IMG/VR virus record: IMGVR_UViG_3300025137_000028
Location: 9,931 to 73,930 of that record
DNA length: 64,000 nt
Source of the DNA: a virus
Reading direction: 5' to 3' (one strand)
Positions 29,305 through 39,417 of this stretch are shown here, piece after piece (positions within the stretch are counted from its first letter, which is position 1; each line of letters starts with the position of its first letter). The notes under the pieces are model-generated. The model ran no database searches. It saw only the letters and a program-made list of their open reading frames with translations, and was not told the origin of the DNA. The position numbers and the translations under genes were made by a program.

Positions 29305-30915
29305 ATGATTATTATAGGATTAAATAGACATCACAACGGAAATGCCTGTATTTTAGAAGATGGCAAAATCACTTATTCAACCGAAGAAGAAAGATTAAAT
29401 CGTCACAAATACGAGGGCTCACCTTTTTTAAATTTACTAAAAATTAAAGACTTAGCACCACATATAGATGGTGTAGCTATTGCTGGTTTTGATGGCTTAG
29501 TACCATTTGAAAGAAATACAGATATTAATTTCTATGAAATGTTTTTTAACAGATTGTATAAAAATAAATTTGTAAATAGAACTTATGATAAAGTTCATCA
29601 TCTAACACATGCTGCTGGTGCTTTTTACAACTCTGGTTTTGAAGAGGCAATATCTGTTGTATTTGATGGTGACGGCTCTTTTTTTAAAGAAGGTATAGAA
29701 AAATATTCTGCTTTTCATTGTAAACATCCTTACGACATAAACAAATTAGAAAAAGAATTTTTTGATTATGATGAACCATACAGTAAAACAAATACTCTAA
29801 GTTTAGGTAATTACTTCGCTGCTATAGCAGATCATTTTGGAATGAATCCTTTATTTGACGCAGGTAAAGTTATGGCACTTGCTTCTTATGGCAAAAATAT
29901 TATAGAAGACTTTGATAGTTTTTTTGATCACAATTATTTTATAGAACCTAGAGTAGTTAGAATGAGTTGTTTAAATCAAAATCACCCTATGTTTGAGAAA
30001 ACTAGATTAATGAATGATTTTCAGGCGTCTGCTGATTTAGCATTAACAGTACAAACACTTACTGAAAATAAAATGATTAAAAAAATACATGATTTAATAG
30101 ATAAACATAATGTAAAAAATATCTGTTTATCAGGTGGCTATGCTTTAAATTGTGTTGCTAATTTTAAGTTAAGACAAAGTTTACCTGAAGATATAAACTT
30201 GTATGTAGAACCTGTATCACATGACGCTGGTACGGCAATAGGGGCTGCTAAATTATTATACCATGAACTGAGAAGTATAGAAGGTATAAAAGATGATCCT
30301 ATTATACCTCAAACAACAATTAAATATGGGTTTCAAAATTATTATCCTAACTCATATGATTTTGCTAGATTTAAAAAAACAAAGGTTACAAATAAAGATG
30401 TAGCAAAAAAATTATCAGAAAATAAGATAGTTGCTTTGTTTAAGGGTAAATCAGAGTTAGGTCCTAGAGCATTAGGCAATAGAAGTATATTGTTTAATCC
30501 TAATAATTCAAAAGCAAAAGACACTGTAAACAAAGTTAAAAATAGAGAATCTTATAGACCTTTTGCTGGCACAATATTACATGAAGATTGTAAACAGTAT
30601 TTTGACATGAACGTATTAGATGAGTCGCCATTTATGATGTATGCTGTAAAAGCAAAAAATTATTCTTTAAAAGGCATTAGACATGTTGACGGAACTTGTA
30701 GAATACAAACTTTAAAAAAAGAACAAGACACTGTTTTTTATGACTTAATAAAAGAGTTTAAACAAATAACAAATATACCTTGTTTATTAAATACATCATT
30801 TAACTTATCAGGTGACCCAATGGTAGAAACGTTAGATGACGCTGTAAAAACATTTGAAAACTCAGAGATAGATTGTTTATATTTACCTGAGTTATATATA
30901 TTACTAGAAAAATAA
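29305..30915 (+). CDS. O-carbamoyltransferase (NodU/CmcH family)
   Basis: EEER..R.K, HHLTHA, DGDG, GKVMALA, SGGYALNC, ELGPRALGNRSI, RPFA and LNTSFN motifs. Confidence 0.93.
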   Translation: MIIIGLNRHHNGNACILEDGKITYSTEEERLNRHKYEGSPFLNLLKIKDLAPHIDGVAIAGFDGLVPFERNTDINFYEMFFNRLYKNKFVNRTYDKVHHLTHAAGAFYNSGFEEAISVVFDGDGSFFKEGIEKYSAFHCKHPYDINKLEKEFFDYDEPYSKTNTLSLGNYFAAIADHFGMNPLFDAGKVMALASYGKNIIEDFDSFFDHNYFIEPRVVRMSCLNQNHPMFEKTRLMNDFQASADLALTVQTLTENKMIKKIHDLIDKHNVKNICLSGGYALNCVANFKLRQSLPEDINLYVEPVSHDAGTAIGAAKLLYHELRSIEGIKDDPIIPQTTIKYGFQNYYPNSYDFARFKKTKVTNKDVAKKLSENKIVALFKGKSELGPRALGNRSILFNPNNSKAKDTVNKVKNRESYRPFAGTILHEDCKQYFDMNVLDESPFMMYAVKAKNYSLKGIRHVDGTCRIQTLKKEQDTVFYDLIKEFKQITNIPCLLNTSFNLSGDPMVETLDDAVKTFENSEIDCLYLPELYILLEK

Positions 30916-30925
30916 TGGAGATATA

Positions 30926-31354
30926 ATGACACTTGAAGAACTACAAGACTTGGCTGAAAAAGACCTCAAAATAAACGATACTGAACTAGATTTAGAATCA
31001 TTAAAAACTCCTCAGTTACATAACAAATATATGAAACACTTAACAAAGTTTAAGTTGATGTTAAGTAAATCAGAGGCTGATTATAGAACAATGAAAAGAG
31101 AAAAATGGGAATACTATACAGGCAAAGCACCTGCTGAAGTATATGCTGTAAAACCTTTTGATTTAAAAATTATGAGAACTGATTTAGACAAATATTTAGA
31201 TTCAGATATAGATTTACAAAGAGCAAAACAAAAAGTAGATTACTTAGAAACAGTTATTGATTTTTTAGATAGAACAATAAGAGGTATATCAAACCGAGGA
31301 TTTACAATAAAAAATGCTATTGACTGGCGTAAGTTTACTAGTGGTGCTATTTAA
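30926..31354 (+). CDS. uvsY: Recombination mediator UvsY
   Basis: PQLHNKY, KWEYYTGKA and IKNAIDWRKF motifs. Confidence 0.92.
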   Translation: MTLEELQDLAEKDLKINDTELDLESLKTPQLHNKYMKHLTKFKLMLSKSEADYRTMKREKWEYYTGKAPAEVYAVKPFDLKIMRTDLDKYLDSDIDLQRAKQKVDYLETVIDFLDRTIRGISNRGFTIKNAIDWRKFTSGAI

Positions 31355-32076
31355 TGACAAACTACTGGTATTACTGGCACTTTAAGTCCGTTGTCTCAAA
31401 AGAAAACTGTAATCGCATATTAGAGTTAGGTAAAGAAAAACTAGCAAGACAACAATTAAGTGGTAAATCTACAGCTGCTACTACAAAAGGCGGTAATACA
31501 AAAGATAAAATGGCAGAGGCTATTGCCCAATCAGACAAAACAGTACAAGAAACAAAAGATCAAAAGACTTATGTAAGAGATAGTACAACTTGTTTTTTAA
31601 ATGAACAATGGGTCTATGACATAATTCAACCTTTAGTAAGTCAAGCAAATACAAATGCTGGTTGGGATTATGATTATGATTACTTTGAATCTGTACAATT
31701 TACAAAATATGATCCAGGTCAATTTTATGGCTGGCACCATGATGGTGGCTCATGTAAACATTCAGCTTATAAGTTTAAACATGACTATACACCAAGTGAT
31801 GGTTTTCAACACACTAACAATCAAAAAATGGCTAATAAAGTTAGAAAGTTAAGTTTTACATTAAACTTAGTTGATGGTGATGAATATGCTGGTGGTGATT
31901 TAAAATTTGATTATGGTCCTCATAGTGATGGTGAGAGATTTAATACCTGTACTGAAATAAGACCACAAGGTTCAGCAATAGTATTTCCTAGTTATATGTA
32001 TCATCAAGTAACACCTGTAACTAAAGGCACAAGATATTCACTTGTAAATTGGATAATAGGAAACCCATTTAGATGA
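31354..32076 (+). CDS. 2OG-Fe(II) oxygenase (prolyl-4-hydroxylase-like)
   Basis: QFTKY..GQFYGWHHD, RKLS, GG.L and FPS..HQVTPVTKGTRYSLV motifs. Confidence 0.9.
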   Translation: MTNYWYYWHFKSVVSKENCNRILELGKEKLARQQLSGKSTAATTKGGNTKDKMAEAIAQSDKTVQETKDQKTYVRDSTTCFLNEQWVYDIIQPLVSQANTNAGWDYDYDYFESVQFTKYDPGQFYGWHHDGGSCKHSAYKFKHDYTPSDGFQHTNNQKMANKVRKLSFTLNLVDGDEYAGGDLKFDYGPHSDGERFNTCTEIRPQGSAIVFPSYMYHQVTPVTKGTRYSLVNWIIGNPFR

Positions 32077-32783
32077 AACACGAATATTCAATAAAATATG
32101 CTAACGAAGGATACGCTGTTATAAAAAATTATTTAAATGATCAAACTAAAAATTTGTTATTTAATCATACATTGTTAAAAAGACAAGTTAGTAGATATAT
32201 GTGGAAAGAAAAACAAAAATTATTTTCGCCATATATGTATGGTTATCCTTTTGGTGATGTTCAGGTTAAAGGTAGTTATTGTCACTATTCAGATCCTATA
32301 TTTGAGTCTTTACTTTATAGTAGTACAAAAGACATGTCAAATTATACAAATAAAAAATTACATCCTACTTATACCTATTATCGTGTATATGAACCAGGTG
32401 CTGTTATGAAAGAACATGTAGATAGAGATAGTTGTAAACATTCTATGACATTGTGTTTAGGCTATACAGATAAAGTCTGGCCGATATACCTTGAAGGCAC
32501 ACCTATAAATTTAGAGCCAGGTGATTTATTAGTTTATAGAGGTGATAAATTAAAACATTGGCGTGATCCTTTACCAAGTGGTTATCACTCACAAGTATTT
32601 TTACATTATATTGAAGAAGGTGCTGAAAATTGGGAAAGAGATAAGTTTGATACTAGACCTTTATTAATGTTAGATGGAAGATTTAAAACTTGGTCTGATA
32701 AAGGGTTGCCAACTGATAAAAATATAATGGAATATTTAAAACAATCTGAATATGACTACAACAAGATACATAATAATAGATAA
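32073..32783 (+). CDS. 2OG-Fe(II) oxygenase
   Basis: RVY..G..MKEHVDR.SC, HWR and QVFLHY motifs. Confidence 0.75.
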   Translation: MKHEYSIKYANEGYAVIKNYLNDQTKNLLFNHTLLKRQVSRYMWKEKQKLFSPYMYGYPFGDVQVKGSYCHYSDPIFESLLYSSTKDMSNYTNKKLHPTYTYYRVYEPGAVMKEHVDRDSCKHSMTLCLGYTDKVWPIYLEGTPINLEPGDLLVYRGDKLKHWRDPLPSGYHSQVFLHYIEEGAENWERDKFDTRPLLMLDGRFKTWSDKGLPTDKNIMEYLKQSEYDYNKIHNNR

Positions 32784-34242
32784 AAAAAACGAAGTCTATC
32801 TCAAAATAGAAGCGGATGCTGATATTAGAAGAGAGTTAGGTGAATACTTTACATTTGAGGTGCCTGGGTTTAAGTTTATGCCTCAGTATAGAAGTAGAGT
32901 ATGGGACGGTAAAATTAGATTGTTTTCATATGCTTCAGGTCAAATATATACAGGTTTATATCCTTATGTAGTAAATTGGTGTAACGAAAATAAAGTACAA
33001 ATAGTTGATGGTACAAAAATAAAAGACACTGATATAGACGAAAGTAAATTAGACAATCTTATTAAAGCGCTTAAGTTACCACACGAAGTTAGAGATTATC
33101 AAAGAGAAGCATTTAAACATTCAATAGAAAAAAATCGTTGTTTACTAGTATCGCCTACTGCTTCAGGCAAATCACTTATCATATATTTGATGTTAATATT
33201 TAATTTATTAAGATTAAAAGATACTAAACAAGATAAGATATTAATAATAGTACCTACAACATCACTAGTAGAACAATTATATAAAGACTTTAAAGATTAT
33301 GGGTATAATAGTGACAGAAACGTACATAGAATATATCAAGGACATGATAAAGATACAAATAAAAGAGTAATTATATCAACATGGCAGTCGATCTATAAGT
33401 TGCCAAAAGTATGGTTTAAACAGTTTGGCATGGTCATAGGTGACGAAGCACACTTATTTAAGGCAGTTAGTCTATCAAAAATAATGACTAAACTAGAAAC
33501 TTGTAAATACAGAGTAGGTTTGACAGGTACACTTGATGGCACTAAGACACATAAGTTAGTATTAGAGGGTCTATTTGGTACAGTTAACAAAGTCGTATCT
33601 ACAAGTGAATTACAAGAAAAGAAACAATTAGCTGAATTAAAGATAATGTGTCTAGTATTACAACATGATAAAACTTCACGTCATTTTTTAAAAGATAAAA
33701 CATATCAGGAAGAAATGGATTATCTTGTTTCAAATACTGCTAGGAATAAATACATACGGAATTTGTGCTTATCATTAAGAGGCAACTCACTTTGTCTATT
33801 TCAATATGTTGAAAAACACGGCGAAATCCTAAAGAAGTTAATCGAAGAAAAGGCAGGAGACCGTAAAATATTTTTCATCTATGGAGGAGTAGAAGCACAT
33901 GAACGAGAACAAGTTAGAGCCATTACAGAGAAGTCGGATAACGCAATTATTATCGCTTCTTACGGCACCTTTAGCACTGGTATTAATATCCGTAACTTAC
34001 ACAATATTGTTTTTAGTAGCCCTAGTAAAAGTCCTATAAGAGTTTTACAATCTATCGGTAGAGGATTGCGACTAAAAGACAATAAACTAAACGCCACATT
34101 ATACGACATATCAGACGATTTATCTTACAATGATAAAGAGAATTATACTCTAGCACACTTTAGAGAACGAATAAATATATACAATGGTGAAAACTTTGAT
34201 TATGAAATTCATAACATAGAGATAAAAAATGGCTCAAAATAA
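32752..34242 (+). CDS. uvsW: SF2 helicase UvsW
   Basis: WDGKIRLF, PTASGKS, DEAH and QSIGRGLR motifs. Confidence 0.96.
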   Translation: MTTTRYIIIDKKNEVYLKIEADADIRRELGEYFTFEVPGFKFMPQYRSRVWDGKIRLFSYASGQIYTGLYPYVVNWCNENKVQIVDGTKIKDTDIDESKLDNLIKALKLPHEVRDYQREAFKHSIEKNRCLLVSPTASGKSLIIYLMLIFNLLRLKDTKQDKILIIVPTTSLVEQLYKDFKDYGYNSDRNVHRIYQGHDKDTNKRVIISTWQSIYKLPKVWFKQFGMVIGDEAHLFKAVSLSKIMTKLETCKYRVGLTGTLDGTKTHKLVLEGLFGTVNKVVSTSELQEKKQLAELKIMCLVLQHDKTSRHFLKDKTYQEEMDYLVSNTARNKYIRNLCLSLRGNSLCLFQYVEKHGEILKKLIEEKAGDRKIFFIYGGVEAHEREQVRAITEKSDNAIIIASYGTFSTGINIRNLHNIVFSSPSKSPIRVLQSIGRGLRLKDNKLNATLYDISDDLSYNDKENYTLAHFRERINIYNGENFDYEIHNIEIKNGSK

Positions 34243-34660
34243 TAAAATAGAAATAAAGATAGTTAAACTTGTAAATGGTGATGACGTTGTTTGTGCTTTT
34301 CCTATAGAACAACTACCAGAAAAATCTCCATTAATTAGATTATTTAAACCTCTACAAATTAAATATGTACCACAATTAACACCTGCTGGATTTAAAGATT
34401 ATGTAGCACTAATAAAATGGGCTGCCTATACTCCTGATGTTGTTATTACTATCCCAAAAGATAAGATATTAACTATAACAAACGCAGGTAATGAAATGAT
34501 AAAATCATACAATCACATCGCCAATGGGTATGATGATTTGAGAGTGCCGACTCGGGAGACAAATAAACAATATGCTAGAGAAAAATTTAGTGATGAAGAA
34601 CAGGAAGAAATAAATGAGTTGTTTCAGGACTTTGCTGAAGATAAGAAAACAATACATTAG
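34229..34660 (+). CDS. Conserved hypothetical protein (Sm-like fold candidate)
   Basis: IVKLVNGDDVV motif; usual slot between uvsW and gp55. Confidence 0.65.
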   Translation: MAQNNKIEIKIVKLVNGDDVVCAFPIEQLPEKSPLIRLFKPLQIKYVPQLTPAGFKDYVALIKWAAYTPDVVITIPKDKILTITNAGNEMIKSYNHIANGYDDLRVPTRETNKQYAREKFSDEEQEEINELFQDFAEDKKTIH

Positions 34661-34694
34661 CTTTAAGCAATATTCTATAAACGGCTACACGCCC

Positions 34695-34722
34695 ATTATA
34701 CATAAAATTTATTAAAAGTCAA
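34695..34722 (-). promoter_or_regulatory. Antisense sigma70-type promoter
   Basis: Minus strand TTGACT-N16-TATAAT followed by GC-rich GGGCGT. Confidence 0.65.
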
Positions 34723-34756
34723 TGTTGGTTTATTTGGCAAATATTACGCTAAAACA

Positions 34757-34785
34757 TTGACAATTAAAGTGAAAGGTGTTATATT
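34757..34785 (+). promoter_or_regulatory. Sigma70-type promoter of gp55 (predicted leaderless)
   Basis: TTGACA-N17-TATATT with TG extension; 6 nt between the -10 and the ATG. Confidence 0.75.
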
Positions 34786-34791
34786 AATACT

Positions 34792-35331
34792 ATGACTATA
34801 AAAAGAATTAAAGAGCATTATGTAGATAACAAATTGTTTTTAGAGGCAATGACTGCCTACAAAAAAGAAGTAAAAAAAGCATTAAGAACAAAAAAAGATA
34901 AACCACCTGTAACCGATTACATTGGTAGTTGTTTTTTAAAGATAGCAAATCATTTATCTTACAGACCTAATTTCATCAATTATACATTTAGAGACGATAT
35001 GGTTAGTGACGGTATAGAAAACTGTTTACAATACCTAGACAATTTTGATCCAGCAAAATCTAAGAATCCATTTGCTTATTTTACACAAATTATATTCTAT
35101 GCTTTTGTAAGAAGAATCCAAAAAGAAAAGAAACAAGTTACTATCAAACATAGACTTATTATGGATAATAACTTAGATGATTACGCTTTACAACCACAAG
35201 ATAGAGAAGGCGAATATACTAATCAGTTTAAAGAGTTTTTACAAAAAAATCTAAAGATGGACGAACAACCTAAAAAAGAAAAGAAACCAAGAAAGAAAAA
35301 AACTGTTAAGTCATCTAAATTCTTTATATAA
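34792..35331 (+). CDS. gp55: Late sigma factor gp55
   Basis: HYVDNK, RPNFINYT and NPFAYFTQI...RRIQKEKKQ motifs. Confidence 0.96.
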   Translation: MTIKRIKEHYVDNKLFLEAMTAYKKEVKKALRTKKDKPPVTDYIGSCFLKIANHLSYRPNFINYTFRDDMVSDGIENCLQYLDNFDPAKSKNPFAYFTQIIFYAFVRRIQKEKKQVTIKHRLIMDNNLDDYALQPQDREGEYTNQFKEFLQKNLKMDEQPKKEKKPRKKKTVKSSKFFI

Positions 35332-35333
35332 TT

Positions 35334-36407
35334 ATGAAAATAGCCCTATTGAATGATACACACTTTGGTGTGAGGAATGATAGTCCTGCCTTTAGAGATT
35401 ATCAAATTAAATTTTATGATGAAGTATTTTTTCCGTACTTAAAAGAAAACAATATTACAAACTTAATACATTTAGGTGATGTAACTGATAGAAGAAAGTT
35501 TATTAACTTTCATACTTCTAGTGTGTTTAGAGAAAAGTTTTGGAAAAGATTATGGGAAATGAAGATTGATACCCATATAATAATAGGTAACCACGATACT
35601 TATTTTAAAAATACAAACAAAGTAAATTCAGTAGATGAGTTGTGTTCAACATTTGATGGTGTACACGAACCATTTATCTACACAGGTCCTAAAGAAGTAG
35701 AATTAGGTGGTTGTCGTATGTTATTTTTACCATGGATATGTGATGATAATTATGAAGACTCAATTTATGCGATAGATAATTCAACAGCAGATATTTGTTT
35801 TGGGCATTTAGAAGTAAAAGGTTTTGAGATGCAAAAGGGATTATTTAACGAACATGGTTTAGAACCAACACAATTTAAAAGATTTGAAAAAGTTATGTCT
35901 GGTCACTTTCATAAAAAATCAGATGATGGTCGTATCTATTATCTTGGCTCACAATATGAAATGACTTGGTCAGATTATAAAGATCCTAAAGGGTTTCATA
36001 TTTTTGATACAGAAACAAGAGAACTTACAAGAGTAACTAATCCTCTTAGAATGTTTAAAAAGATTCTCTATAATGATACTAAAGAAGATTACTCTACAAA
36101 AGACTTATCAGATTTTGAAAACAAGATAGTAAAAATCTTTGTTACTAATAGAACAAACGAAGAAATGTTTAATAATCTATTAGATAAATTACAAAACAAA
36201 GTAAATGTACATGAGGTAAATGTTATAGAAGATGTACAAAGTGATATGACATCTAGTGTTAGAGAAGATATATTAGATCAAGGCGAAGATACTATAACAT
36301 TTTTAAATAATTATGTAGATCAAATACAAACAGATTTAGATAGACAAAAACTAAAAGAGTTTATCAAAGAAACATATGTAGAGGCAAACGATCATTATGC
36401 TGGATAA
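35334..36407 (+). CDS. gp47: Recombination endonuclease gp47 (Mre11-like)
   Basis: DTHFG, LGD, GNHD and SGHFH metallophosphoesterase motifs. Confidence 0.95.
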   Translation: MKIALLNDTHFGVRNDSPAFRDYQIKFYDEVFFPYLKENNITNLIHLGDVTDRRKFINFHTSSVFREKFWKRLWEMKIDTHIIIGNHDTYFKNTNKVNSVDELCSTFDGVHEPFIYTGPKEVELGGCRMLFLPWICDDNYEDSIYAIDNSTADICFGHLEVKGFEMQKGLFNEHGLEPTQFKRFEKVMSGHFHKKSDDGRIYYLGSQYEMTWSDYKDPKGFHIFDTETRELTRVTNPLRMFKKILYNDTKEDYSTKDLSDFENKIVKIFVTNRTNEEMFNNLLDKLQNKVNVHEVNVIEDVQSDMTSSVREDILDQGEDTITFLNNYVDQIQTDLDRQKLKEFIKETYVEANDHYAG

Positions 36408-37041
36408 ATCAATATTAAATTATAAAAACTTGAATTGGGGACCATATGTTCTTTGTACATCATTGCCTGATTATATAACAGACAAAATGTTAGAAGAAGG
36501 ACGTAAGTGTAAAGATACAGCTAATCATAAATTAGCAGGTCATCTAAAGTTTCAGTTTTCATATTCTACAGAAATTCAACAATGGTTTTATAATGAGATA
36601 ACACCGGTATTAGAATTGTATATAGAAGAACATTGTAAGTTTCACGGACATGACATTGTTCAACAAAGAAAACTAGAAGCATTAGATTTATGGGTAAACT
36701 TTATGAAAAAAGGTGACTTTAATCCTCCTCATACTCACGCAGGTGATTATTCTTTTGTTTATTACCTAGATGTGCCAGATGAGTTAAGAAAAGAACAAGA
36801 AGATTACAAAGGCTCAGATGTGTCAGGACCAGGTGGTATAACTATATTGTATGGCGAGTCAACTAGACCTAAATGGACTACTTGTGCTCACGGTTTAAAT
36901 CCTAAAAAAGGTGCGTTTATGATGTTCCCTGCTTTACTACAACATACAGTAGCGCCTTTTAAATCTGATATTACAAGAGTTAGTGTATCAGGTAATTTAA
37001 GAACATTAAACCATGAGATAATAACTAACAATTATTTTTAG
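36397..37041 (+). CDS. 2OG-Fe(II) oxygenase
   Basis: WVNF...FNPPHTH...SFVYY...FPA.LQH.V...RVSVSGN. Confidence 0.8.
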   Translation: MLDKSILNYKNLNWGPYVLCTSLPDYITDKMLEEGRKCKDTANHKLAGHLKFQFSYSTEIQQWFYNEITPVLELYIEEHCKFHGHDIVQQRKLEALDLWVNFMKKGDFNPPHTHAGDYSFVYYLDVPDELRKEQEDYKGSDVSGPGGITILYGESTRPKWTTCAHGLNPKKGAFMMFPALLQHTVAPFKSDITRVSVSGNLRTLNHEIITNNYF

Positions 37042-37042
37042 T

Positions 37043-38758
37043 ATGATAAGATTTAAAAAAATTAAGTGGAAAAATTTTCTGTCAACAGGTAATACACCAA
37101 TAGAAGTTGACTTAGATAAATCAAACACAACACTTGTTATAGGTACAAACGGTTCAGGCAAGTCAACTTTACTAGACGCCATGACTTTTGTTTTATTTAA
37201 TAGACCATTTAGAATAATAAAAAAAGAACAAATGGTTAATACGATAAACAATGGTGAAGCATTAGTAGAAATAGAATTTTCAATAGGTACTAAACAATAT
37301 AAAGTTATTAGAGGTATTAAACCTAACATATTTGAAATATATGAAGACGATCAATTAATAAACCAAGACGCTTCTAGTATTGATTATCAAAAGATATTAG
37401 AAAGAAATATAATGAGATTAAGTTATAGATCATTTATTCAAGTAGTAATATTAGGGTCATCATCTTACGAGCCATTTATGAAAATGAAATCTCGTTATAG
37501 AAAAGAAGCAGTTGAAGAGATACTTGACATAAAAGTATTTTCACATATGGACTGGATGTTAAGAGATCAACAATCTGTTTTAAATAAAAAGATTATAGAA
37601 GTTAAACATAATGCTGATCTAGTAAAATCTAAGTATGAATTAGAAAGTAAACACTTTAATGAAATAAAGAATAGAAATACAGATGATAAGACACAAAAAG
37701 AACAACAGTTAGATAAATTAAACTTAGATAAAAAAGATTACTTAGAAAAGATACAAAAATTAGATGGTGAATATACACAACTAAAAGAACAAACAATTGA
37801 TAAAGGTCCTCAAACAACAAGATTAACTCAATTAGAAAAACTAGAAACAAAGATAGAACAAAATTTAGAAACTCATACAAAGAATTTAGAGTTTTTTGAA
37901 GAAAATGATACCTGTCCTACTTGTACACAACCAATTGATGAAACATTTAAATTAGGAAAACAAGAAGAACTAAAGAGTAAAGTTGTTACCTTAAATGAAG
38001 GTATGAAAAAATTAGTAGAAGAAATATCTACTACTGAAACTAAATTATCAGAAATTAATTCTATATCTGAAAAAATGTCAGATTTAAATATAGAAATGTC
38101 AAAAGTTAATACATCAATAAATGAACTTAAAAAATTTAGTGACAATCTACATAATGAGATATTATTGTTAGATAACAAAAAAGAGGACAGTGATAATATA
38201 GAAAAACAATTAGAAGAATTAAAAGTTAATTTAGAACAATCACAAGTTGATTTAGATAAAATTACCGAAGAAAAAACATATATTGATACAGTTAGAGAAA
38301 TACTATCTGAAAAAGGTGCTAAAACAAAAATTATTAAAAAGTATTTACCTATAATGAATACTTTAATAAATCAATACTTACAAGATATGAACTTCTTTGT
38401 TAACTTTCATTTAGATGAAGAGTTTAACGAGACAATAAAAAGTAGATTTAGAGATACTTTTAATTACAATAATTTTAGTGAGGGTGAAAAACTAAGAATA
38501 GATTTAGCATTGCTATTTACTTGGCGACAGATTGCTAAAATGAAAAATAGTACAAATACAAACGTTTTAATATTAGATGAAATATTTGATAGCTCATTAG
38601 ATGGTCAAGGTACAGATGACTTCTTTAAAATTATTAAATCACTATCAAAAGAAAATATCTTTATTATATCACATAAGGGCGATATACTATTTGATAAATT
38701 TACTAATATCATAAAATTTGATAAAATAAATAACTTTACGAGGTTACAGAATGTCTAA
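37043..38758 (+). CDS. gp46: Recombination ATPase gp46 (Rad50-like)
   Basis: NGSGKST, CPTC hook, FSEGEK signature and LDE motifs. Confidence 0.96.
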   Translation: MIRFKKIKWKNFLSTGNTPIEVDLDKSNTTLVIGTNGSGKSTLLDAMTFVLFNRPFRIIKKEQMVNTINNGEALVEIEFSIGTKQYKVIRGIKPNIFEIYEDDQLINQDASSIDYQKILERNIMRLSYRSFIQVVILGSSSYEPFMKMKSRYRKEAVEEILDIKVFSHMDWMLRDQQSVLNKKIIEVKHNADLVKSKYELESKHFNEIKNRNTDDKTQKEQQLDKLNLDKKDYLEKIQKLDGEYTQLKEQTIDKGPQTTRLTQLEKLETKIEQNLETHTKNLEFFEENDTCPTCTQPIDETFKLGKQEELKSKVVTLNEGMKKLVEEISTTETKLSEINSISEKMSDLNIEMSKVNTSINELKKFSDNLHNEILLLDNKKEDSDNIEKQLEELKVNLEQSQVDLDKITEEKTYIDTVREILSEKGAKTKIIKKYLPIMNTLINQYLQDMNFFVNFHLDEEFNETIKSRFRDTFNYNNFSEGEKLRIDLALLFTWRQIAKMKNSTNTNVLILDEIFDSSLDGQGTDDFFKIIKSLSKENIFIISHKGDILFDKFTNIIKFDKINNFTRLQNV

Positions 38759-39296
38759 AGATTTACAATTAATACCACCTAACGATCCAAGAGTTTGTTC
38801 AGCAATCGCACCATTTAGTGACGATATGTTAAAAGAACACAATCTAAAAGATAGACAAGAACTATCTGATAATATGTTTGAATTAATGTTTAAATATGGT
38901 GGTATAGGGTTATCAGCAAATCAAGTAGGTTTACCTTTTAATATGTTTGTTATGGGTGGGCATCCTGAATTAGAAAAAGGTTTAAGAATGACTTGTTTTA
39001 ATCCTATGATTATATCAGCTAGTGAAGAAACAATTGTTATGAAAGAAGGTTGTTTAACTTTTCCTTTTATGTTCTTATCTATTACAAGACCTAGAAAAGT
39101 TGTAGTAAAATATGAAGATGAAAAAGGTGATCTAAAAGAAGGTCATTTAGACGGCATGATTAGTCGTATTTTTCAACATGAACACGATCACATGTTAGGT
39201 AGATTATTTACAGAGAGAGCTAGTAAACTTAAACTAAAGAGGGCAAATATATATGCTAAAAAACAAATCAAAAAAATATCGAAAAGAAAAAAATAA
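38751..39296 (+). CDS. def: Peptide deformylase
   Basis: GIGLSANQVG, EGCLT and QHEHDH motifs. Confidence 0.95.
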   Translation: MSKDLQLIPPNDPRVCSAIAPFSDDMLKEHNLKDRQELSDNMFELMFKYGGIGLSANQVGLPFNMFVMGGHPELEKGLRMTCFNPMIISASEETIVMKEGCLTFPFMFLSITRPRKVVVKYEDEKGDLKEGHLDGMISRIFQHEHDHMLGRLFTERASKLKLKRANIYAKKQIKKISKRKK

Positions 39297-39417
39297 AATT
39301 TTTGAACATAATCCTAGTACAGGAGTTATTAGATGGCGTTATGTTGGTGAATCACCAGACAAGTTTGGCTGGCCGAACTATGGAAGAATATTAAAGAATG
39401 TCAAAAAACGAAATTAA
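39253..39417 (+). CDS. Small hypothetical protein (54 aa, not in ORF track)
   Basis: Hand translation MLKNKSKKYRKEKNKIFEHNPSTGVIRWRYVGESPDKFGWPNYGRILKNVKKRN fills the gap between def and the next gene. Confidence 0.5.
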   Translation: MLKNKSKKYRKEKNKIFEHNPSTGVIRWRYVGESPDKFGWPNYGRILKNVKKRN

